A stretch of 40,380 nucleotides of DNA from Acidimicrobiia bacterium (GTDB lineage Bacteria > Actinomycetota > Acidimicrobiia > Acidimicrobiales > CAIXPF01): assembly GCA_031422955.1 (NCBI GenBank), contig JANPEN010000088.1, positions 1-40,380 on the forward strand. The letters are read 5' to 3'. Within the stretch, counting starts at the first letter, position 1, and every line of letters starts with the position of its first letter. Made by a program: the position numbers and the translations under genes. The notes beneath the pieces are model-generated. The model saw only the letters and a list, made by a program, of their open reading frames with translations. It had not been told where the DNA came from and did not search any database. This document shows positions 1 through 7,038 of this stretch, one piece after another.

Positions 1-152
1 GGGTTGTTGGTGGTGCCGAAGATGGTGTTGAAAGCCTGGGCGTCACCAGACCAGCGGGGCAGGTTGGTCTTGCCGAACACCACCGCGCCGGCTGCTTTCA
101 CCGCTGCCACCACCGGAGCGTCTCCGGCGGGGACATTGTCGCCGGCAGTCTT
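1..152 (-). pseudogene. amidase-signature family fragment (continues past window start; 5' part absent)
   Basis: Minus-strand translation of 152..1 gives KTAGDNVPAGDAPVVAAVKAAGAVVFGKTNLPRWSGDAQAFNTIFGTTNNP, the AAGAV-xx-GKTN...FG-x-T-x-NP block typical of amidase-signature enzymes. The same frame has a stop at 153-155 and only about 90 nt remain before the next gene. The N-terminal ~80 residues, including the catalytic Lys region, therefore cannot be encoded here. Confidence 0.4.
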
Positions 153-245
153 TCAGCTCTCCCTGCGGGTTCGCTCCCAGGAAACCTGGCCGCCTGCGCC
201 TCGTGGTCGCCAGCGGCGTGCTCTGTCAGCCAAGCGGTAGAGGAG

Positions 246-1112
246 CTAAAGGAAATCCAACAGCGCGGCGAGGGTTGCTTCGGGGGCTTCTTCGGCCAGG
301 AAGTGGCCGCAGGGTAGCGAGTGACCGCGCACGTCGTCGGCCCAGCGGCGCCACACATCGAGCAGGGACGGACGCTGACCGGATGGGTCACCCCACAGAG
401 CCAACATCGGGCAGGCGATCCGGCGGCCGACGTCGCGGTCGGCTCGGTCCAACTCGACATCAATGGTCGCGCCGGCCCGGTAATCGTCACAGGTGGCCCG
501 GATGGTGTCGCCCACGAAGGCGGCAACATAGTGGGCCATGTTGGGTTGCAAGGCAGGGTTGGGCTCGAGGGTCCCTGCCGCCCATTTTCCGCACAACGTA
601 CGCAGGAAGTACTCAGGATCCGCCCCAATGAGACGCTCCGGGAACGGGTGGGGCTGGGCCAGCAGCATCCAATGAAAGGCACCAAGGCTGGCCGTGCCCC
701 GTAACGTGTCCCATTGCTCCACGGTGGGAGTGATATCCATCGTGGCCAAGCGGGTCACCACCCCCGGATGATCTAGCGCCATGCGGTAGGCCACCCGCCC
801 ACCCCGATCGTGGCCGACCACGGCGAAACGTTCGTGACCCAAAGCGGCCATCACCTCGACCAGCTCGGCCGCCATGGCCCGCTTGGAGTAGTTGACGAAA
901 CCATCCCCAGCTGGTGGCTTGTGGCTACGGCCATAGCCGCGCAGGTCCGGACAAACCACGGCGTGGCCCCCATCACGCAGACCGGGAGCGACCTGGGACC
1001 AGATCACGTGGGTCTGGGGATAGCCGTGCAATAGCAGCACTGGCGAACCCTCGCCGCCGTGGCGCAAATGGATACCGGCCACCTCGGTCTCAACGAAACC
1101 TTCGAACATCAC
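246..1112 (-). CDS. alpha/beta hydrolase, haloacetate (fluoroacetate) dehalogenase / epoxide-hydrolase-like family
   Basis: 288-aa ORF with LLLHGYPQTH, nucleophile block GHDRGGRVAYR, FHWMLLAQP, DDYRAG and C-terminal GHFLAEE. From memory these line up with the Asp nucleophile, Arg pair, His-Trp and Tyr halide/carboxylate ligands and catalytic His of fluoroacetate dehalogenase. Confidence 0.85.
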   Translation of the reverse strand: MMFEGFVETEVAGIHLRHGGEGSPVLLLHGYPQTHVIWSQVAPGLRDGGHAVVCPDLRGYGRSHKPPAGDGFVNYSKRAMAAELVEVMAALGHERFAVVGHDRGGRVAYRMALDHPGVVTRLATMDITPTVEQWDTLRGTASLGAFHWMLLAQPHPFPERLIGADPEYFLRTLCGKWAAGTLEPNPALQPNMAHYVAAFVGDTIRATCDDYRAGATIDVELDRADRDVGRRIACPMLALWGDPSGQRPSLLDVWRRWADDVRGHSLPCGHFLAEEAPEATLAALLDFL

Positions 1113-1209
1113 GACCCCCGCGTCCTGCGCCGCACCCTACCGGTCACTCGAGCGAGCGCCCCGAACCAGCCGTTGGGGCCACCAACCCCCCGAAGAAACG
1201 GGACCAAAA

Positions 1210-1345
1210 GAGACTTGGGCGGTTTTCTTGCAGGTACCAGATGGTATGGCTAAAGAAGTTCAACGGATAGTGGTATTTACGAGCCACAACGGGCGCTTCG
1301 AGCAGCTCATAGCGCGTACGCCGCGCGGAAAACCGCCCAAGTCTC
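1210..1345. repeat. 18-bp perfect inverted repeat (1210-1227 / 1328-1345) with a 100-nt AT-richer spacer
   Basis: GAGACTTGGGCGGTTTTC at 1210-1227 is the exact reverse complement of GAAAACCGCCCAAGTCTC at 1328-1345. It lies in the intergenic region between the helicase stop (1441) and the hydrolase start (1112). Confidence 0.85.
1212..1246 (-). promoter_or_regulatory. candidate -10 box plus conserved 21-nt core, copy A, upstream of the hydrolase gene
   Basis: The minus strand reads TACCAT-ctggtacc-TGCAAGAAAACCGCCCAAGTC. The same architecture and an identical 21-mer occur at 21969-22003 (+). The core ends 100 nt upstream of the ATG at 1112. Confidence 0.35.
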
Positions 1346-1440
1346 GCAACGTGTCTGCGCATCTCGCCGATAGCGACGCCTACAGCACAGCGAGCGGCCG
1401 GGAACGGCCACAGGAACCGGAAGGGGTCGAAATCGAGGCC

Positions 1441-3291
1441 TTACGCGCAGCGACAAGCGACAGTCTCGTCCATTACCTGCCAGCGGAAGCGCACCGGGGC
1501 CGAGCACTCCCCGCAGCCGGTGCAGCGCATGTGCCACGTGGTGCCCTGCTTGGCGATCTCCAACGGGGCCTGGCCGGTGGACAGCCGCTTGGGCTCGACC
1601 TTGGGGCGGGTGATCTCGGGTAGGTCGATCAGCTCCAGCTCCAGGTAGGGGGCGTCGTCGGGCTCGACCTTGGTCAGGGAACCTTCCAGCTGACGCCACA
1701 CCGAGCGCTGCCACGGAGGGGCGCCACCAGCCTCGGGCGGGTAGGCGAAGCTGGCGTAGGCGTACAGGGTCTCGGCGCCCAGCTCGTGGGCCAAACCGAG
1801 GACGTGATCGTCGAGTTCAGGGCCCTCGACCAGAGCGGACAAGGCGCGCATCGCCGCCCCTGGCCCACCCAGCAACCCAGCCAGACCAGCCACCCCCGCC
1901 AAGCCGATCGTCACGGCCCTGTGGAAGTCCTCGAGGCGTTCCGGCTCCGCCACCACCGCGGGGCCCGGCTCGGCCAAGAAGGCGTCCAGCTCCTCGAAGT
2001 GGGCACCGTCGAAGGTACTGGCCGCCTCGGAAATGCGCTCGATCTCATCCAGAAAGCCGTCCCGCTCGAAGCGGGCATTGGGATCTTCCAGCGTGTCCTT
2101 GGCGAACATGATCACAAAGCGGGCGCCCACCCCTGGACGCTTGCGGCGCAGGATACGGCCCATGCGCTGCACCATCTGGCGGCGGGTCCGACTGGCGCTC
2201 ATGACGATGCCCAGGTTGGCGTCGGGTACATCAATGCCCTCGTCGAGGACCCGGGGGGCGGCCACCGCGTCGAGACGGCGGGTACGCAGATCCTCCAGGA
2301 TGTCGCGGCGGAAGCGTCGGGCTGTGCTCCCGGTGATCAGCTCGATGGCCACCAGCGGATCGAGTCGATTGATGGCGTGGTTGGCGGCCCGCACCGTCTC
2401 GGTGAACAGCAACGCCCCATCGGCCGCTTTGATGGCGGGGGCAAAGCGGCCCAGCAGCTCGTACTTGCCGCTGCTCTGGGCCACGATGAGGCGGCGTTTG
2501 GCGAAGGCGTCGAGGTAGTCCCGGGCGGCCCGACCATCCGCGCCCGTGTCGTGTTCGGCCAGGTGACCCACGGCGGCCAGGAAAGCCCCGAAGGGTTCGA
2601 GAGGCACCCCTCGAACCGAGCGCAGGTGATGGCGAGCGCCCACCAGTTGCTGCTCGGTGGCGATGTACTCGGCCCGTTCCTCAACGGAGAGGGCCACCCC
2701 CACGAAGGCCACCCGGGGTCGGGCGCAGACCCCGTCGGCGATGGCGGCCTCGAAACCGTAGCGGTAGCAGATTCCCCCAAAAAAGGGCAGCAGCAGATCC
2801 GTCACCGCGTCGTCGGAGCGCTCCAGCGTGGCGGTCAGACCCAACCGCTCCTGGTACTGGGTCAGCAAGGCCCGCCGCAGCACCACCCCGCCCAGGCCAT
2901 GGCATTCGTCCACGATGAGCAGCCCGCCGGCCGGCCCGGGGGGGATGGGCTTGTGGGAGGCAGCAGAATGACGGGTGGCCACCAACAGGTCACAGTCCGC
3001 CGGTTGGTCCTTGCCGCTATCGCCCAAACGGCCGATGCGGACGTCGGGCAGGGCCACGGTCAAACGCCCATACCATTGTTCCATCAGCACTCGAGAGGGA
3101 ACCAGCACCAGCACGAAACATCCCCGCCGCAGCGCGTCGGAGGCGGCCGCGATGGCCACATCGGTCTTGCCCGACCCGGTCACGGCCTCGATCACGCCCC
3201 GCCGGCCGCAGGCCAACCAGCTGATGAGGGCGTCGAGCTGCCAGCGATAGAGATCGGGTCGAACCGGCACGGTCGTGGACAGTCCGTTCAT
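1441..3291 (-). CDS. SF2 DEAD/DEAH-box helicase (ResIII / XPB-like core) with a Cys-rich C-terminal extension
   Basis: 616 aa with Walker A AVTGSGKTDV, DECH (motif II), LGLTATLER (motif III) and QRMGRILRR (motif VI). After residue ~430 comes an Ala/Gly-rich linker, then a tail WHMRCTGCGECSAPVRFRWQVMDETVACRCA with five Cys (CxxCxxC...CxC). Confidence 0.85.
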   Translation of the reverse strand: MNGLSTTVPVRPDLYRWQLDALISWLACGRRGVIEAVTGSGKTDVAIAAASDALRRGCFVLVLVPSRVLMEQWYGRLTVALPDVRIGRLGDSGKDQPADCDLLVATRHSAASHKPIPPGPAGGLLIVDECHGLGGVVLRRALLTQYQERLGLTATLERSDDAVTDLLLPFFGGICYRYGFEAAIADGVCARPRVAFVGVALSVEERAEYIATEQQLVGARHHLRSVRGVPLEPFGAFLAAVGHLAEHDTGADGRAARDYLDAFAKRRLIVAQSSGKYELLGRFAPAIKAADGALLFTETVRAANHAINRLDPLVAIELITGSTARRFRRDILEDLRTRRLDAVAAPRVLDEGIDVPDANLGIVMSASRTRRQMVQRMGRILRRKRPGVGARFVIMFAKDTLEDPNARFERDGFLDEIERISEAASTFDGAHFEELDAFLAEPGPAVVAEPERLEDFHRAVTIGLAGVAGLAGLLGGPGAAMRALSALVEGPELDDHVLGLAHELGAETLYAYASFAYPPEAGGAPPWQRSVWRQLEGSLTKVEPDDAPYLELELIDLPEITRPKVEPKRLSTGQAPLEIAKQGTTWHMRCTGCGECSAPVRFRWQVMDETVACRCA

Positions 3292-3415
3292 CGTGGCTTT
3301 CGCGGAGGCATGCGGCCATCAAGGCTACGGCGCCGCTGACCCACTGCGGGCGGTGGCGGAAACAATCGGCCAGGAACCCGACCGCGCCAGCCCCGCCGAG
3401 CGGTAGCATCGCGGT

Positions 3416-4072
3416 GTGGAGTCGGCCAACAACCCAGCCTTCGCCCATTACTGCCAGGCCATCTTCGAGCTCGACGAAGACGAGATCGACGTCATCCAGG
3501 CCCGAATCGCCGAGCGTCTCGAAGTTTCTCGCCCCGCGGTGTCGGAGATGATCCGCCGCTTGGAAACGGCTGGGCTGGTTGAGGTCGATCGCAGCCGCAT
3601 CGCGCTGTCCCACGCCGGCATGCGCCTGGCCGAGCAGGTCGTGCGCCGCCATCGACTGGCAGAACGCTTCCTCACCGACGTGTTGCATGTGTCCTGGGCC
3701 GAAGCCCACACCGAGGCAGAGCGCTGGAGCAGCGTCATCTCCGAGTCGGTCGAAGCGGCCATGATGCAGCTGTTGGGCGAGCCGACCACCTGCCCCCACG
3801 GCAATCCCATCCCCGGTTCGGACTACCGCTCCCCCGGCGCCACCGCCCTGGCCGCGGTGGCCGTCGGCGGCAGCTTCGTGGTCTCCCGCATCCCCGAGGA
3901 GCTCGAGTTCACCCCCGGCCTGCTCGACTTCCTGGAACGCTCCTGGATCGTGCCCGGCCGACGGGGCACCGTCACCGCCCAGTCCCCCGACGGCACCCTC
4001 ACCGTGGAGATCGATGGCCGTTCGGTTGGCTTGGGCGAGTTCGCCAGCAGCCGCATCCTGGTCACCGTCTAG
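3416..4072 (+). CDS. DtxR/IdeR/MntR-family metal-dependent transcriptional repressor with C-terminal SH3-like (FeoA) domain
   Basis: GTG start. ARIAERLEVSRPAVSEMIRRLETAGLV (wHTH), RRHRLAERFLTDVL, AHTEAERW and CPHGNPIPG align residue-for-residue with DtxR/IdeR. A ~70-aa C-terminal domain is present. Confidence 0.9.
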   Translation: MESANNPAFAHYCQAIFELDEDEIDVIQARIAERLEVSRPAVSEMIRRLETAGLVEVDRSRIALSHAGMRLAEQVVRRHRLAERFLTDVLHVSWAEAHTEAERWSSVISESVEAAMMQLLGEPTTCPHGNPIPGSDYRSPGATALAAVAVGGSFVVSRIPEELEFTPGLLDFLERSWIVPGRRGTVTAQSPDGTLTVEIDGRSVGLGEFASSRILVTV

Positions 4073-4114
4073 TCGGGTCTGGAGCGGGTCCGCCCGGTCC
4101 ACCCCAGCGAAGGA

Positions 4115-4900
4115 TCAGCGGCCGTGGAATGGTCCGGGTTCGCGCTTTTCGGCAAATGAACGTGCCGCTTCTTGGAAATCTTCGGTTAGGTACAGTTTGA
4201 GCGGGGCGGTCTGCATCTCCATCTCCCGAGCCAGCTTGGCCAGGTAGCCGCGTCGGCTGCGCACAGTGGCTCGCACTGAAAGCGGCGGGTTGCGGTCAAC
4301 CTCTTGGGCCATCTGGTGGGCGACGGCCACCGCCTCACCGGCGGGAGCCAGGCGGTTGATCAGGCCATGTTCAAAAGCCTCCTCGGCGCTGAACCACCGA
4401 CCGGTGAGGGCCATCTCGGTGCCGAAGGCGGCCGCCCCCCGAAACTGCATGACCGCCCAGTAACGCGACCCGCCCAGGCCCCTGGACACCTCGGTGATCT
4501 GCAACTTGGTGCCGGCTTCGGCCACCACCAGATCACTGTCCAACATGATGCCGGTGGCCAGACCCATCACGTAGCCGTGGACGGCGGTGATGACTGGTTT
4601 CCAGTTCACCGAGTCCAAGAACAGCTCACCGGCCTTGGCTCCGTGGCCCTGCGGCCCTCCCAACGCTTCGAACTCTTCACGGGAGCGCAGTTGGCGCTGC
4701 TGCACATCGGCCCCGGTGGAAAAGGCCCGTCCGTTGCCGCACAGCACCGCCACATGAGCGGCCGAATCGGCGTCGAATCGCCGTAGCTGGGCGCCGAGGG
4801 CGATGACCATCTCGTCGCTGAACGCGTTGAGCTTGTCGGCTCGGTTGAGACGCAAGGTGACAACGGCACCTTCACGTTCGTACTGCACGAGTTCATCCAT
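4115..4900 (-). CDS. enoyl-CoA hydratase/isomerase (crotonase) family protein
   Basis: 261 aa. LNRADKLNAF, GNGRAFSTGADV and AVHGYVMGLATGIMLDSDLVVA are typical crotonase-fold oxyanion-hole segments. Confidence 0.9.
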   Translation of the reverse strand: MDELVQYEREGAVVTLRLNRADKLNAFSDEMVIALGAQLRRFDADSAAHVAVLCGNGRAFSTGADVQQRQLRSREEFEALGGPQGHGAKAGELFLDSVNWKPVITAVHGYVMGLATGIMLDSDLVVAEAGTKLQITEVSRGLGGSRYWAVMQFRGAAAFGTEMALTGRWFSAEEAFEHGLINRLAPAGEAVAVAHQMAQEVDRNPPLSVRATVRSRRGYLAKLAREMEMQTAPLKLYLTEDFQEAARSFAEKREPGPFHGR

Positions 4901-4988
4901 GGCGGAAACCTACCGCCCTGGCGGCGACCCCCGACTCGGAACTCTGGCGAGAAACCCTGACGGCGTGATCACGCCGTAGATTGGCAGC

Positions 4989-5915
4989 ATGGACCGCCAT
5001 GACGACTTGCCCGAGGCGTTGGCCGAACAGCCCATTCGCTACATCGATCGGACCCGGCGCTGGTATCAGCTACTCGGTTACCAGCCCTACCGCTGGCCCC
5101 AGTTCGACGAGGTGGCCTTCACCGAGTTGACCAAGCCGTTAGCGGCCAGCAAGGTCGCCCTCGTCACCACCGCCGCCCCTTTTCAGCCGGGAGCCGGCGA
5201 CCAGGGGCCCGGCGCGGCCTACAACGGGGCGGCCAAGTTCTTCGAGGTCTACGCCCAGTCCTGTGATGAGCCGGCCGACGTGCGTATCTCCCACATCGGC
5301 TACGACCGAGTTCATAGCACCGCCGCGGATCCCGGCACCTGGTTTCCCCTGCGTCGCTTGCAGGAGGCGGCCCGGGCCGGCCGCATCGGCGGTGTGACGG
5401 CACGGTTTTATGGTGCTCCCACCGTTCGCCGGCAGCGCAGCACCACCGAGGAACACGCCCCCCAGCTGGCGGCGATGCTGCAAGCCGATGGGGCCGATGT
5501 GGCGTTGTTGGTGCCGGTTTGACCGGTGTGTCACCAGACCGTGAGTCTGGTTGCCCGCCATCTGGAAGCGGTCGGGATCCCCACCGTGATCCTGGGGGCG
5601 GCCAAAGACATTGTGGAAACGGTGGGAGTCCCCCGGTTCGTGTTTTCTGACGTCCCTTTGGGAAACTCCGCCGGTCTGCCCTTTGACGAGGTCTCCCAGC
5701 GCACCGCCCTCGAGTCCGCCTTGCGGTTGCTGGAAACCGCCCCCGGTCCCCGCACCACGTGGCAGAGCCCGCTGCGCTGGGGCCCGCCCGGGGACCATGG
5801 CTGGAAGCGAGATTTCAACAATCCGACCGCCCTCAGCACCGAACAACGAGACGAGGCCCGACGGCGTTTCGAGGAACAGAAACAAGCGGCCCGGCCCGGC
5901 CCCGTCACTGGCTGA
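4989..5915 (+). CDS. GrdB/PrdB-like (glycine/sarcosine/betaine/D-proline reductase B family) selenoprotein; TGA 5520-5522 read as selenocysteine
   Basis: ORFs 4989..5522 and 5526..5915 share one frame and are separated only by TGA. Read-through gives ...ADVALLVPV-U-PVCHQTVSLVARHLEAVGIPTVILG..., a UxxC pair at the position where family members carry [C/U]PxC. A hairpin follows the UGA. Confidence 0.8.
5533..5551 (+). promoter_or_regulatory. candidate bacterial SECIS hairpin for UGA 5520
   Basis: ACCAGAC-CGUGA-GUCUGGU forms a 7-bp perfect stem with a 5-nt loop containing GU, starting 10 nt after the UGA. G5530-C5554 and U5531-G5553 could extend it across a C/U mismatch. Confidence 0.55.
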
Positions 5916-6741
5916 TGCTGACCGCTCGAGCCGTTCCCACCGCGCATTGACGAGCGTCGCGACCCAGATCGAGCAGCTCCACCATGCTCAGCACCGCGTC
6001 GGGCTCGAGCCGCATCGGCGAGGCCACCACCCGAAAGGGGCCGTCGGTAGCGGGAGCAAGATAGGAAAAGTGCAGATCGACCGTTCGGGTCCCAACACCG
6101 AGCTGCCGCTGCCCACACAGCGACGCACCGCGTTCCAACAACGCCCCCATGGCCCCGCCCTGGATGGATCCGAAGCTGTTGTAGATGCGCTCGTGATGGT
6201 CGAGCTCGAAGCTGACCTCAACCGGATCGATGCGCAGCCCGTAGTACTCGTCGAGCACCAACCGAGGCTCCTCATCGGGATGGGTGTAGTCGACCGATCT
6301 CGCTTTCGGCGGAGGACTCACCGGGCCGTCACCCCGGCGGGGTAACCGGCTGAAGGTGACATGGGCAACGGCGGCGACGCGCCCCTCGTCGTCGAGGAGA
6401 GTGTTCTCCGACAGGACCGTGTTGGTCCCCACCCGCAAGGGTCTGGCAGTGCCGTGGACGCGCCCCTCCGACGGCGGATGCACCAGATGAAGCTTGAAAT
6501 CGAGGGTGGCCGTCCAGTCCGGGTAGGCGGCCCGGGAGCCGAGCACACCGGCGCACAGATCCACCAGCGGCGTCAAGGCGCCCATCCGCATGAGGCCACC
6601 GGCGTCGAGATGATCGGCCAGTACCGGCATCGACCCCTTGACGGTGCCGTCCTCGCACAACTCGTGGGCGATACGGCTGTACGAAAGGATCGAGCGGGGA
6701 TGAGGATAACGGCGCGGCGGCTTGTCGGTTTCCTTGGCCAT
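5905..6741 (-). CDS. double hot-dog fold thioesterase (PaaI/4HBT-like) family protein
   Basis: 278 aa with two repeated hot-dog-like halves (LMRMGALTPLVDLCAG... and NSFGSIQGGAMGALLE...). The 3' end overlaps the convergent selenoprotein gene by 11 nt (5905-5915). Confidence 0.65.
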   Translation of the reverse strand: MAKETDKPPRRYPHPRSILSYSRIAHELCEDGTVKGSMPVLADHLDAGGLMRMGALTPLVDLCAGVLGSRAAYPDWTATLDFKLHLVHPPSEGRVHGTARPLRVGTNTVLSENTLLDDEGRVAAVAHVTFSRLPRRGDGPVSPPPKARSVDYTHPDEEPRLVLDEYYGLRIDPVEVSFELDHHERIYNSFGSIQGGAMGALLERGASLCGQRQLGVGTRTVDLHFSYLAPATDGPFRVVASPMRLEPDAVLSMVELLDLGRDARQCAVGTARAVSISQ

Positions 6742-7038
6742 GTCGGCAACGTAGTGCGCATCGCACCGGATTCACCCGACCACGCCCTTGCCCGGGCCAT
6801 CATCCTGTTCCCCCGAGCGCCGATCGCACTACTGAGCGCCGGCCTTGGATCGAGGCGGAGTCGCACGTCTGCTCAGCGAGTCGCCGACTTCACTGCTTGA
6901 GGAAGAGGCCCAGATTTCGCCTCCTTGGACATCTGGCTCGCTGCAGCGGTCCCGGCGTCGCTCGGTAGCGTGAAGCCGGGCCTTTTCCCCAGCTTGTGGG
7001 TCGAACTCCGGCTCTGGACCTGGCGATAACGAAGATAC

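Noticed and set aside
153-155. In-frame TGA immediately upstream of the amidase-like fragment, considered as a further Sec codon.
   Set aside because: The upstream translation (…WERTRRES) is not amidase-like. There is no room for the missing N-terminal domain before the next gene, and no redox motif or hairpin. A truncated remnant is the better reading.
1144-1362. 72-aa ORF across the inverted-repeat element. Together with the upstream extension of the RDD ORF, it shares the peptide Y(L/V)QENRPS.
   Set aside because: The shared peptide is simply the translation of the conserved 21-nt DNA core. The two flanks differ in frame behaviour and have no RBS. A nucleotide-level element explains the similarity better than a protein.
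1786-3339. 517-aa + strand ORF opposite the helicase gene. There are similar long antisense ORFs at 3017..4102, 12824..14482, 15846..16874, 17596..18561, 18461..19633, 23079..24056, 24227..25123, 33605..34639 and elsewhere.
   Set aside because: Their composition is Arg/Gly/His/Pro/Gln-rich and motif-free. Each lies exactly antisense to a gene with clear family motifs. Such stop-free shadow frames are expected in high-GC DNA.
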